Source: a virus
Lineage: Duplodnaviria; Caudoviricetes
Virus record (IMG/VR): IMGVR_UViG_2915650412_000004
Coordinates: 1-64,000 of that record
Length of the DNA: 64,000 bases
Direction: 5' to 3' (one strand)
Part shown: positions 16,147 through 25,971 of the stretch, one piece after another
Layout: each line of letters opens with the position of its first letter
Numbering within the stretch: position 1 is the first letter of the stretch
The notes under the pieces: generated by a model
Database searches by the model: none
What the model was told of the DNA's origin: nothing
Seen by the model: only the letters and a program-made list of their open reading frames with translations
Program-made: the position numbers and the translations under genes

Positions 16147-17870
16147 TGCTAACCTTACGCGATTATCAACGCGCCGCAGTTGACGGCCTGTATGACTACT
16201 GGCGCGAACAACCCGGCTCACCTCTTATCGTGCTTCCGACGGGCGGCGGCAAGAGCCTCGTGCTAGGTACGATCTGCAAGGAACTGATCGAAGGCTGGCC
16301 TGATATGCGCGTATTGGTTTGCACTCATGTACGCGAACTCATTCTCTCGAACTACCAAGAACTTCTGAACATCTGGCCTTTCGCACCGGCTGGAATATTC
16401 TCGGCTGGCGTAGGTCGGAGAGACGCAAAGGCGCAGATCGTTTTCGGTGGCGTGCAGACCATCGCAAACAAGGCGGAGCAGATCGGCCACATCGACGTTG
16501 TCTTGGTCGATGAAGCTCACTTGATGCCGCGCAATTCCGAAACCCAGTATGGCAAGTTGATTGAAGGCCTGCGCGCCATCAACCCAGACCTGAAGCTGGT
16601 CGGCCTCACGGCCACGCCTTATCGCTTGGGCGAGGGGCTTTTGACGGAAGGTGACGGCGCGCTTTTCGACGACATCTGCTTTGAAAAGCCGATTGGCGAG
16701 ATGATCGAGGAAGGCTATCTCTGCCGTCCTATTTCAAAGGGCATGGCGACTGCCTTCGACCTGTCCGGCGTTGGCAAGCATGGCGGCGACTACAAGCAGA
16801 ACGCTCTGCAGGCGGCTATCGATAAAGACGATATCACGGCTTCCGTGGTCGATGAGATCGTCACGTATGGCACTGCGTCTGGTGCGGAGCGCAAGGCTTG
16901 GCTGTGCTTTTGCAGTGGCGTCGAACATGCCCGGCATATGCGAGACGAAATTCGTAGTCGGGGCTTTAGTTGTGAGACTGTGACTGGCGACACCCCGACC
17001 GGTGAGCGGGATCGCATTCTGGCTGATTTTAAGGCTGGCAAGATCCGCGCCTTGACGAATAACTCGGTACTAACAACCGGCACGAACCTGCCGATCATCG
17101 ATCTGGTCGCGTTCTGTCGCCCAACCTTATCAGCGGGCCTCTATGTCCAGATGGCGGGGCGTGGCTTGCGGCTTTATCCGGGCAAGGAGAACTGCCTCTT
17201 TCTGGACTTTGCTGGCGTCGTTCGTAAGCACGGGCCCATCGATGCTGTTACGCCGCCCGGGATGAAGAAAGGCGACGGGGAGGCGCCTGTGAAGCAATGT
17301 CCGCAAGAGCCTGACGATCGCGGTCTAGTAGGCTGCGGCTCGCTGATCCATGCCTCGCTGCGCACCTGCCCTGACTGCGGATACGAATTCCCGGTCGATG
17401 AAACACCGAAGATATCTGCACAGGCCGAAGACGTGCCGATGTTGTCGAAGGACAACGCCAGCACCCGCCAGGTCGAGCGCCGCACCTTCGCATACCACGA
17501 AGGCAAGGGCGGCAAGCAGGACAGCGTGAAGGTTTCGTATTGGGTCGGCATGTCGCCCATCAACGAATGGCTTGGGCCGGCCCATACTGGCTTCTTCAAG
17601 TCGAAGTCTGACAGGTGGTGGCGGAAGCACGGCGGTCAGGCTCCGTTCCCGAAAACGGTGCTGGAATTCATGGAGCGCCAGAACGAATTGCTGCCCACGG
17701 GTGAAATCGTTGTGAAGCCCAATGGCAAATACTGGGAAGTGGTCGACGCGATGCCAGGGGGTGCGAATGACAATGTGCCGGAGGCCAGCAATGACAATGA
17801 GCCGGCATCAAATTATGGCCGTGTGTCTGCCGGGCTAGCTGAAATATTGGATGATGATATCCCGTTCTAG
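16146..17870 (+). CDS. SF2 DEAD/DEAH-box helicase with C-terminal Zn finger
   Basis: LPTGGGKS, VDEAH, LTATP, QMAGRGLR, CP..CG. Confidence 0.92.
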   Translation: MLTLRDYQRAAVDGLYDYWREQPGSPLIVLPTGGGKSLVLGTICKELIEGWPDMRVLVCTHVRELILSNYQELLNIWPFAPAGIFSAGVGRRDAKAQIVFGGVQTIANKAEQIGHIDVVLVDEAHLMPRNSETQYGKLIEGLRAINPDLKLVGLTATPYRLGEGLLTEGDGALFDDICFEKPIGEMIEEGYLCRPISKGMATAFDLSGVGKHGGDYKQNALQAAIDKDDITASVVDEIVTYGTASGAERKAWLCFCSGVEHARHMRDEIRSRGFSCETVTGDTPTGERDRILADFKAGKIRALTNNSVLTTGTNLPIIDLVAFCRPTLSAGLYVQMAGRGLRLYPGKENCLFLDFAGVVRKHGPIDAVTPPGMKKGDGEAPVKQCPQEPDDRGLVGCGSLIHASLRTCPDCGYEFPVDETPKISAQAEDVPMLSKDNASTRQVERRTFAYHEGKGGKQDSVKVSYWVGMSPINEWLGPAHTGFFKSKSDRWWRKHGGQAPFPKTVLEFMERQNELLPTGEIVVKPNGKYWEVVDAMPGGANDNVPEASNDNEPASNYGRVSAGLAEILDDDIPF

Positions 17871-18025
17871 GAAGTTCCGCATCGCGCGCTTTGGGCGGGG
17901 GGCTTGGGGACGCGCGATGCGGATGCAGTTCCATAGGAGGAGTTGCACCAACAGCGTAGTCCGGTCCGAGAGCTTGGTGAAATAACAGAATGTTGCAGTT
18001 GCCAATAATCAGCAATGCAACCGTA

Positions 18026-18149
18026 AAAATAGAAAAGCCCGCTTCGCCATGGGAGGAGGAGCGAAGCGGGCCGATCAGACAAGCGCGACTGGGAGGAGGA
18101 GTGCCGCGCTTTAGGTTCAGTTTCTGGGAGGAGGATTGAAACTGAACGA
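18026..18149 (-). ncRNA. Cuckoo-type (alpha-r14/CcsR-like) three-hairpin sRNA
   Basis: Three stems whose loops each contain TCCTCCTCCC (plus-strand GGGAGGAGGA at 18051, 18091, 18126); last stem followed by a U-tract. Confidence 0.85.
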
Positions 18150-18154
18150 GGCGT

Positions 18155-18183
18155 AGATAGGTCCGCAACCCGTGCGGTGCAAG
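18155..18183 (-). promoter_or_regulatory. Promoter of the cuckoo sRNA
   Basis: CTTGCA-N17-CTATCT, close to the rhizobial sigma70 consensus CTTGAC-N17-CTATAT. Confidence 0.6.
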
Positions 18184-18443
18184 GGTCAAATTCGCATAGC
18201 TGATATGCAGGGAAAATAAAAAAACCGCCCGGCAGCGAACGGTACGCGCCTGGGCGGTCTAACTCCCTCCCAAGAGTTGCGCGAATATACATAAACAATC
18301 GCCACATGCAACAGTTAAAACCAAGTATTAATTACACTAAATCAGTAGGATTAAGTTTTGCAAAATATACCAATCCATTAACGGGATGCGCCGAGAGGCG
18401 TGTTAACTTACCAAAACCAACCACCAAAACACGAGGAGAAACA

Positions 18444-19187
18444 ATGACGGACAATTACGACCCGTATAGTGCGGCACCTATTGGTCACAATAGACCGCCG
18501 CTTTCTGCGTACGAGACTGTAAAGCAGGAGATCGAAGACCTGTTTGATGAGGCAAAGCACTTCGCGGACGGCGACCCTATCGACAGCCAGGAACTGGCCG
18601 ACGCGATCACCAAGCTGCATGACAGTTTGCATGAGGCCGGGAAGCGCGCGGACGAGGCCCGCAAGGATGAGGCGAAGCCGCATGACGATGCGAAGGCCGA
18701 AATTCAGGCGCGCTATAATCTTCTGATCGGCAACACCAAGACCACCGGCAAAGGCAAGGTTGTTCTCGGCAAGGAGACGTTGCAGACCTTGCTTACGCCG
18801 TGGCGCACGCGCGTAGCAGCAGAGAAAGAAGCTGCGGCCAAGGCGGCGCGTGAAGAGGCTGACCGCATCGCGCGTGAAGCGCAGGAAGCTATGCGTGCCA
18901 GCGCAGGCAATCTCGAAGAGCGTGAAAAGGCCGAAGAACTGCTTGCCGTGGCTAAGAAAGCCGATCGTTGGGCGAAGCGCGAAGATCGTTCAGCAACCAC
19001 TGGCACAGGGCTGCGCACGATCTGGCACTGCACACTGGAAAATGAAGGCAAGGCTTTGGATTGGGCTTATGGCCTAGCGCCGGACCGCTTCAAGGAACTC
19101 GTCCAGTCTATGGCCGAAGAAACCGTGCGCGCCGGTATGCGTCAGGTGCCGGGCTTCAAGGTTTGGGATGAACGGGTGGCGCGGTGA
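18444..19187 (+). CDS. Phage hypothetical coiled-coil protein
   Basis: Start MTDNYD behind CACGAGGAG (18430-18438). Confidence 0.75.
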   Translation: MTDNYDPYSAAPIGHNRPPLSAYETVKQEIEDLFDEAKHFADGDPIDSQELADAITKLHDSLHEAGKRADEARKDEAKPHDDAKAEIQARYNLLIGNTKTTGKGKVVLGKETLQTLLTPWRTRVAAEKEAAAKAAREEADRIAREAQEAMRASAGNLEEREKAEELLAVAKKADRWAKREDRSATTGTGLRTIWHCTLENEGKALDWAYGLAPDRFKELVQSMAEETVRAGMRQVPGFKVWDERVAR

Positions 19188-19199
19188 TGGTTCCTGCGA

Positions 19200-19436
19200 T
19201 TAACAGCCAATGTTTTGCGCGATGAGCGAGCCAGCTGACAATAGTGCAGATACGGCACTGACTCCCGCGGCCACGCGGTTTCTTTTACCGGTCTCTGCAA
19301 AATAGTCTTGGAATATTGAAGGCTCTATAATTGTTCCAATTATCGGTTCAAACTTCACATTAGTTGAACGCCACCACAAGTAACAAGAAACCAACCAGCC
19401 GAAGGCGGCAAGCAACCCGAGAATTATTGAGCACAT
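19200..19436 (-). CDS. AT-rich small membrane protein (moron-like)
   Basis: 78 aa, two hydrophobic segments, opposite strand to the operon. Confidence 0.55.
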   Translation of the reverse strand: MCSIILGLLAAFGWLVSCYLWWRSTNVKFEPIIGTIIEPSIFQDYFAETGKRNRVAAGVSAVSALLSAGSLIAQNIGC

Positions 19437-19529
19437 TTAGTCGTCCCACACTGATAAATTTGAAGTTCAATTGTCGCACAATTCCCGCCAGCCACCAACT
19501 GGCGGGTTACCACCACGAAACACGAGGAG

Positions 19530-20111
19530 ATGAGAATGATTGAACCGCTACCGAGCGGGCCTTTCGGCTGCGTCCTTGCGGACCCGCCATGGGCATTTAG
19601 AACCTACAGCAAAAAGAATGTCGCGCCGGCTAGAGGTCGCCAGCCTTACAGCGTGATGTCGCTTGACGATATCAAGGCGCTACCTGTCGAACAGGTATGC
19701 GCCCGCGATTGTTTGCTGTTCATGTGGACCGTTTCACACCTGCAGAGTGAAGCCTTCGATGTGTCCGCCTCATGGGGATTCCGCCCTGTCAGCGTGGCTT
19801 TCGTTTGGGACAAGGGCCGAATGGGCATGGGCTATTGGACGCGACAGGAAGTTGAAATCTGCCACCTGTTCAAACGAGGCAAGCCGCGTCGCCTTAGCAA
19901 AGGTGTGCGCTCGCTGATCAAAGCACCCCGCCGTGAGCATAGCCGTAAGCCTGATGAACAGTACAATCGGATTGAGCGGCTTGTCGACGGGCCGTATCTT
20001 GAACTGTTCGCGCGCCAAGCGTGGCCGGGCTGGTCATCATGGGGCAACGAGGCGGGCAAGTATGTAGGAGCTAATGATAACCAAGATTTGCTGGGGAGGG
20101 TGGCAGCATGA
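19530..20111 (+). CDS. MT-A70 family adenine methyltransferase
   Basis: LADPPW, LFMW, HSRKP, YLELFAR. Confidence 0.88.
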   Translation: MRMIEPLPSGPFGCVLADPPWAFRTYSKKNVAPARGRQPYSVMSLDDIKALPVEQVCARDCLLFMWTVSHLQSEAFDVSASWGFRPVSVAFVWDKGRMGMGYWTRQEVEICHLFKRGKPRRLSKGVRSLIKAPRREHSRKPDEQYNRIERLVDGPYLELFARQAWPGWSSWGNEAGKYVGANDNQDLLGRVAA

Positions 20112-21496
20112 GCTATAACGCGCCCGCAAAACAAAGCACTGTTCTGGACATCATAGACGAGTACGAGCGCAAGACCGCGAACGTCGAAGCGGCGATCAAG
20201 GCCTATGACGATGCTTGCACGGCGGTTGAAATGGCGGGCACGATCATGGGCACATACGTCAACCCGGTTTTGCGCGGCAAGGCATACGCGCACGCCAGCG
20301 ATATGCGCAAGAACCTCCGCGCGTCGGGATGGAAAGCTCTCTATAATCGTTGCCAGATTGACCGTATCGCCAGCGCCAAGGACAAGAAGCTGTTCGAGCA
20401 CACCTTGGCCGACCCGCCCGAGCTGACTTTCGACAACGCCAAGGCGACGTTCGGACCGTATCTGGAGAATCCGCGCTCGCACATTCTGCGAGGTCTGGCC
20501 GAGGTGTTTGCTGATTTGGACCCGGCGTACAAGTCGCATTCCAAGGTCAAGATCGGCGTGAAGGGCCTGCCCAAGCGGGTGATCATCGCGAACTGGGGCA
20601 GCTATTCCGGCACGTACGGCAAGGACAAATTCCGCGACATCGTGAACGCGCTCGCCGCCTACCGTGGCCAGCCGCTCATGGAACATGAGGAATTTCAAGC
20701 CATCCGGGCCGCGCACGATGCTGGCGAAGATGCTGTCCTCGACGGACGTAAGGTGGCGTGGAAAGACAGATACCGCGAGGGAGAGCATCAGACTTTCGAT
20801 CGAGGCATAACGGTTCGCGTCTTCGGAAACGGCAACGCGCATGTGTTCTTTGCGCCGGAGACGCTCCGCGACATCAACATGGCTCTAGCCGAGTTCTATG
20901 GCGAAGTACTGCCGGACGCCGAAGAAGAAGACACCAGGCCGCGCCAAAGCACGGCGGTTTCCAAGGACCTGCAATTCTACTGGACGCCGCATGAGGTCAT
21001 TGACCGGGCGTTGGAGTTCGCCTGCGTCTACAATCTAAAGGAATGGAGCTCCAATCCGCCCGAGCCATCGCGCATACTAGAGCCGTCCTGCGGTGATGGC
21101 CGGATCATGGATGCTATCCGAGCGCGCGGGCATCAGGTGTTCGGTATCGAGTACCATGCGGGGCGAGCGGCAGAGGCAAGGGCGAAGGGTCATAGTGTTC
21201 TGACCGCAAATTTCCTCGAACAACCGGCGCAGCCTGAATTTGACATCGTGGTAATGAATCCACCGTTCTACGGGCGGCACTACGTCAAGCACGTTCGCCA
21301 TGCGCTGCGGTTCTTGAAGCTTGGCGGGACGCTCGTATCCATCCTCCCCGCAACGGCACACTACGACCACAAGGAACTTGAGGGTGAATGGCGTGATTTG
21401 CCAGTGGCGTCTTTCGCAGAGGCTGGCACAAATGTGCCGACGGGGCTTCTGAAGATTCGTATTCCAGCCAACGACAATTTCAGGAGCGCCGCATGA
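20108..21496 (+). CDS. DUF4942-like domain + class I DNA methyltransferase
   Basis: FYWTP, ILEPSCGDG, VVMNPPF in the C-terminal third. Confidence 0.8.
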   Translation: MSYNAPAKQSTVLDIIDEYERKTANVEAAIKAYDDACTAVEMAGTIMGTYVNPVLRGKAYAHASDMRKNLRASGWKALYNRCQIDRIASAKDKKLFEHTLADPPELTFDNAKATFGPYLENPRSHILRGLAEVFADLDPAYKSHSKVKIGVKGLPKRVIIANWGSYSGTYGKDKFRDIVNALAAYRGQPLMEHEEFQAIRAAHDAGEDAVLDGRKVAWKDRYREGEHQTFDRGITVRVFGNGNAHVFFAPETLRDINMALAEFYGEVLPDAEEEDTRPRQSTAVSKDLQFYWTPHEVIDRALEFACVYNLKEWSSNPPEPSRILEPSCGDGRIMDAIRARGHQVFGIEYHAGRAAEARAKGHSVLTANFLEQPAQPEFDIVVMNPPFYGRHYVKHVRHALRFLKLGGTLVSILPATAHYDHKELEGEWRDLPVASFAEAGTNVPTGLLKIRIPANDNFRSAA

Positions 21497-21810
21497 GTCA
21501 TCCCGAACAATGCTGGGTTTGCCAGAGACACGTCGTCGGCCTCGGAGTGCAGGCAGACCGCGAGCCTATCCGCTGGCTGTGCAAGGAATGCGCCGACATT
21601 GCCGAGCATATTCGGCATCGGCGTCGGTTAGACCCTTACGAACTGCGCGCTCTTGATACCGGCGTCGAGGCGGTTGGTTCATACCTTCAAGAGTTGGGAA
21701 AGACCGACCTTAAGGAAATGGACGAACTCGAAGCGCGCATGCTTGTCAAAGCCGCGTGGGAAGGATGCGGGCGAGGGATGCGCGGAGCGTTAAAGGAGGC
21801 GCCTTTCTGA
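21493..21810 (+). CDS. Phage hypothetical protein (Zn-binding, DUF6511-like)
   Basis: CWVC...CKEC; coupled ORF. Confidence 0.65.
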   Translation: MSHPEQCWVCQRHVVGLGVQADREPIRWLCKECADIAEHIRHRRRLDPYELRALDTGVEAVGSYLQELGKTDLKEMDELEARMLVKAAWEGCGRGMRGALKEAPF

Positions 21811-22517
21811 TGAACGATAACAGCCGCGGCCTTGTGATCCTGCTATGCAATCTCACGGACGCCATGGCCACGCCGTGGGCCGACAATGGCTATGACGTCC
21901 TGATGGTTGATCCTCAGCACGGCATGACACATCAAGAAGGGCGAATTACGCGGTTTGCTGGAACGGTGCTGGAAGCAGCGCCGCTTCTGGCGCATCACAT
22001 TCGTCGAACGAAGATCGTCTTCGTGGCAGGCTTCCCGCCATGCACGGACGTCGCGGTCAGCGGCGCCAGATGGTGGGCGGAAAAGAGGGCGAAGGATCCA
22101 TATTTTCAGGCAAAAGCAGCCATAGTTGCCGAGCAATGTCGGATGACATGCCTTCTATCAGGAGCTCCGGGATTCTTTGAAAACCCTGTTTCGGCATTCA
22201 GCAAGGTATTCGGTACGCCTTCGCATACGTTCCACCCATATGACTACGCCGGTATTTGCCTCGACGACAACTATGTGAAGAAAACCTGCCTTTGGGCGTT
22301 CAATGGATACAAAATGCCTGCGCCGCAGCCCGACCAATCACTAGGAAAGCCAGACAACCGTATCTGGACTGCGCCTCCTGGGCCGGAACGCGCCAACATT
22401 CGAAGCGCGTTCCCACGAGGGTTTTCAATAGCAAACTATTTGGCGAACGCGCCTCATCTGCGAGCCGCCAACGATAACGATCTCAGCAGGCCTGACGCCG
22501 CTCTTCTAGCGAGTTGA
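21810..22517 (+). CDS. Minimal C5-cytosine methyltransferase-like protein
   Basis: GFPPCT catalytic motif, FFENPV, KKTCLW. Confidence 0.7.
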   Translation: MNDNSRGLVILLCNLTDAMATPWADNGYDVLMVDPQHGMTHQEGRITRFAGTVLEAAPLLAHHIRRTKIVFVAGFPPCTDVAVSGARWWAEKRAKDPYFQAKAAIVAEQCRMTCLLSGAPGFFENPVSAFSKVFGTPSHTFHPYDYAGICLDDNYVKKTCLWAFNGYKMPAPQPDQSLGKPDNRIWTAPPGPERANIRSAFPRGFSIANYLANAPHLRAANDNDLSRPDAALLAS

Positions 22518-22692
22518 GCAAATCGCTCAGTTCCTTGGCATCGCGGTAGTTCATTCCTACCGCCTGCCGTACGCCCATTTCGACTGGCTTTTGAACTTGC
22601 TGATCTAACACTGACCAGGTGTCGTTAATTCCGTTTGACGCTTTGTATCGTCCGCCGATGTACCGCCCACCCTTCAATGTTGATCTGCTCAT
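22483..22692 (-). CDS. Possible small antisense-strand protein
   Basis: 69-aa ORF filling the gap between operon genes. Confidence 0.35.
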   Translation of the reverse strand: MSRSTLKGGRYIGGRYKASNGINDTWSVLDQQVQKPVEMGVRQAVGMNYRDAKELSDLLNSLEERRQAC

Positions 22693-22738
22693 CCCAGTCC
22701 TTTCAAGGTTCGAATCGATTGAAATCTATGATTACAGA

Positions 22739-23204
22739 CATGGTTAACACATCGCAAGTTGCTGCCGTCGCAACGGACCCCATGCTCGACATCGCCCTGT
22801 CCTACACGGCGCGCATATCGGACTTGCCGTGGAACAAGCGACCGAGGCACGCGTACAGATGTTCCCGCACGAGCGATACGGTAACACTGGGCAAGGTAAA
22901 ATGTGCCAACGGCACGATCCAATATAAAGCGTTTTGCGCTGAGTGCGGCGGGAAGGGCTCGCCATTCTCGCATCAAGAAATAGCTGATCTTGATGATGGA
23001 AAAATACCGGTCATTGTCGATCATGCGTCTGTACCGTGCGAACGTTGCGGCAGCACAAATGGAACCGAACAGCATCACTGGGCTCCGTGGCACTTGTTCG
23101 ATGACGCTCACGCTTGGCCAACCAGCTACCTTTGCCGACCGTGCCATCAGGAATGGCACGTGAAAGTCACCCCGAATATGTATTCACATAAGGCAGCAGC
23201 ATGA
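22739..23204 (+). CDS. Zn-ribbon/HNH-like protein
   Basis: CAECG, CERCG...EQHHW...LCRPCHQEWH; start uncertain (22728-22781). Confidence 0.65.
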
Positions 23205-25555
23205 CGACCACACCGACAGAAGTCACCCAGACCAAGGATCCTATGCTCGAACTTGCTTTATCCTACGCCGCCAAGGGCTGGCCAGTTTTTCCGTGCCGTC
23301 CAAGCGACCATTACGACCCAGATACAGGGGAAGTTTTCCCAGAAAAAGGCCCTCTGATCTCGAACGGGTTTAAGGGCGCGACGCTAAACGAACGCATTAT
23401 CCGTGAATTATGGAAGCGCAATCCAGGCGCACTGATCGGCATACCGACAGGCGAGCGATCCGGTTTCTGGGTGCTGGATGTCGATGTGCCGCCCAAGCAT
23501 GAAGATGGCAGGCCATGGCTGGAAGCGCAGATTACCAAGCATGGCCCATTAGAAACTAAACAGGCTGAAACAGGCAGTGGAGGAATTCACTTCCTGTTTT
23601 CGCACGAGCATGGCATCCGCAACTCGGACGTTGCCGTAGGTGTTGAAACACGCGGTGACGGCGGGTATTTCATTGCTCCTGGCAGCGTGATGGAAGATGG
23701 TCGGGCGTATAAATGGCTGAACGACGTGCCCATTTCGGCGGCCCCACAATGGCTATTGGATGCACTGGTAAAACCCAAGCATGTTCCTGTTGCGCATGTC
23801 GATCGTCAACTGGAAGATGCGGAAGCGGCTGAAGTCGACGAACTTCTGTCTTACGTAAGCCCGGACTGCGCATACCCTGAGTGGGTTTCAGTTCTTATGG
23901 CCGTGCATTCGGCGCTCGGGTCTGATGGGCTGTCTGTTGCTGACGCGTGGAGTTCACGCGGTAAAAAGTATCGTGCCGGAGAGGTCGCCAAGAAATGGAA
24001 AGGTTTTACCAATAATGGCGGTGTAAATCTTGGATCGCTTGCTGAACTTGCTCGGCAGGGTGGCGCTAATCTATCCGAAATTTCCAGACGTCATCGTCCT
24101 TTTCAGGATAATGACAATACGCCATATATCGACGCCACAAAGATGATCGCGTCGGCTCTGCAAAAGGCCAATGGCGTGATTGCGCCGGCAATTGAGCCAA
24201 CAGAGCTGTCAGAGGACATCGTGTTGGCACATGCCGCCGCGCCAGACGATGATGCAAATGTTACAATATTCAAGACGCCAGATGCGCTTAACAATGTCCC
24301 CGGATTGGTTGGCGATATCGCGAACTGGCTCACGGAAACGGCGCGCAACCCATCACCAGTTCTGAACCTTGGCGCGGCGTTGACTTATGTCGGGGCGCTA
24401 GCAGGCCGTCGCTACGAAGGGCCAACCGGGTTGCGGACGAATGTCTATGTCATCGGTCTGGCACCGTCTGGATTCGGGAAGGAGCATCCGCGTGCTGGTA
24501 TCAAGTCGTTGGCTGGTGCGAGCCAGACGCTCGGTAAATTCTTCGGTGGCAACAAGATCGCGTCTTCGTCAGGGCTGCGAAATCGCGTGAAGGCGAATCC
24601 GACGCTTGTCTATATGATCGACGAGTTCGGCGGATTTATGCGCAAGGTGACGTCAGCTAAGTCGGGGAACCACGAGAAGGAAATAGCTGAAGATTTGCTT
24701 GAAATGACCGGAACGGCAGGGTCTGTCTTCATGGGTGCCGACTATGCCCAGAACCTGGCAGAGCCGATCTATAACCCGAATGTCTGCATATTTGGAACTT
24801 CGACACCCGATGCATTCTGGAAAGCATTGGGCAGTGGGTCAATCATGGATGGCTTCCTACCACGATTTATCGTGCTCGACGCCGGCAGTGAACGGCCTAA
24901 GCCGCGTGACCCTAAAAAGAGGGTGAGCGCACCGCCGAAGGATCTGCAGGATAGGATTCAATCGCTCGTTGTGCATAGAAACGGTGGCAATCTGAATGGC
25001 ATGACAGCAGATGGCAGTACGTCGATAACGCCAATCCAAGTTGCCTGGGGACGCGGGTCCAAGCGCGTGTTCGATGATTTCGTGACAGAAATGTTCAATG
25101 TCATGGATAAAGCTGTCAGCGATCATGAGCCCGTCTATGCGCGCGTGGCTGAAAACGCTATGCGCATTGCAACTATTGTGGCGGTTGGCGTCGACCCAGA
25201 GCGGCCAGAATTAACTGCGGATATCATGCGGTGGGCCGTTGAAATCGCCCGACGGTCTTGCCAGATGCTCTTGGAACAGGCCGAGCGTTATGTGGCAGAC
25301 AATGACAGGCAGGCGGAATATAAACGTGTCAGGGCCATTATTGGCGAGGGCAAGCGATCCGGCATGAAGCGCAGTTACCTCACCAAGAGGTTGAATGGCG
25401 TCATCGACAGGAGACGTCTTGATGACATCGTGAACATGCTGATCGACGCCGAAGAAGTCGTGGACGTAATCGTCACGCCTCCTAACGGCGGCAAGAAATC
25501 CAGCGTGCTTTACTTGTTCAGATACGCCCCTCAAGCTGATCAGAAAGCCGCCTAG
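23201..25555 (+). CDS. Bifunctional primase-polymerase with PriCT-like and helicase (DUF3987-like) domains
   Basis: GWPVFP, IGIPTG...WVLDVD, TGSGGIHFLF, ETRGDGGY; GLAPSGFGKE Walker A; IDEFG Walker B. Confidence 0.88.
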   Translation: MTTTPTEVTQTKDPMLELALSYAAKGWPVFPCRPSDHYDPDTGEVFPEKGPLISNGFKGATLNERIIRELWKRNPGALIGIPTGERSGFWVLDVDVPPKHEDGRPWLEAQITKHGPLETKQAETGSGGIHFLFSHEHGIRNSDVAVGVETRGDGGYFIAPGSVMEDGRAYKWLNDVPISAAPQWLLDALVKPKHVPVAHVDRQLEDAEAAEVDELLSYVSPDCAYPEWVSVLMAVHSALGSDGLSVADAWSSRGKKYRAGEVAKKWKGFTNNGGVNLGSLAELARQGGANLSEISRRHRPFQDNDNTPYIDATKMIASALQKANGVIAPAIEPTELSEDIVLAHAAAPDDDANVTIFKTPDALNNVPGLVGDIANWLTETARNPSPVLNLGAALTYVGALAGRRYEGPTGLRTNVYVIGLAPSGFGKEHPRAGIKSLAGASQTLGKFFGGNKIASSSGLRNRVKANPTLVYMIDEFGGFMRKVTSAKSGNHEKEIAEDLLEMTGTAGSVFMGADYAQNLAEPIYNPNVCIFGTSTPDAFWKALGSGSIMDGFLPRFIVLDAGSERPKPRDPKKRVSAPPKDLQDRIQSLVVHRNGGNLNGMTADGSTSITPIQVAWGRGSKRVFDDFVTEMFNVMDKAVSDHEPVYARVAENAMRIATIVAVGVDPERPELTADIMRWAVEIARRSCQMLLEQAERYVADNDRQAEYKRVRAIIGEGKRSGMKRSYLTKRLNGVIDRRRLDDIVNMLIDAEEVVDVIVTPPNGGKKSSVLYLFRYAPQADQKAA

Positions 25556-25565
25556 ATGGTCAGAG

Positions 25566-25842
25566 CGATGGGAAATCGATAGGAAAAAAACAGGCCGAAA
25601 AATTTCCTACCGCTCCGAAAAAGGGGTCGATAGGAAATTTCGATTGCCTATCGCTCGAAAAAAAGACAAATTAAATCAATGGCTTGGAGCGGTAGGAAAT
25701 CGCGTTTTTCCTATCGATAATGGCAAAAAGTATAACTATTACAATATCTTACCTATTTCTATATATCGATAGGAAATAAAAATAACAAAACTATATAAAT
25801 AAGCCTCAAAAACGAGGGGGTACTACATATAGTTTCCTATCG
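25566..25842. repeat. Iteron cluster, putative helper replication origin
   Basis: Nine copies of CGRTAGGAAA (two with one mismatch) in both orientations at 25566, 25577, 25603, 25628, 25644, 25690, 25707, 25767, 25833; AT-rich; IHF-consensus AATCAAtggcTTG at 25674-25686. Confidence 0.75.
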
Positions 25843-25971
25843 CTGCCCGTGCGCGGGAACCCAAAATATTCGCCGCGCTGCCTGTCCATTAACACCACAT
25901 TTATTGAGGCATTCCACATTCCTCTTGCCGCTACCAACGGCACACCGCAATCAACACGAGGAGAAAAACAG

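Noticed and set aside
24526-24543. Self-target of the TGCGCTCGG/TTGGATTTA guide in the primase gene (13/18, 12 contiguous)
   Set aside because: Partial matches of this length are expected by chance with 13 guides over both strands of 64 kb
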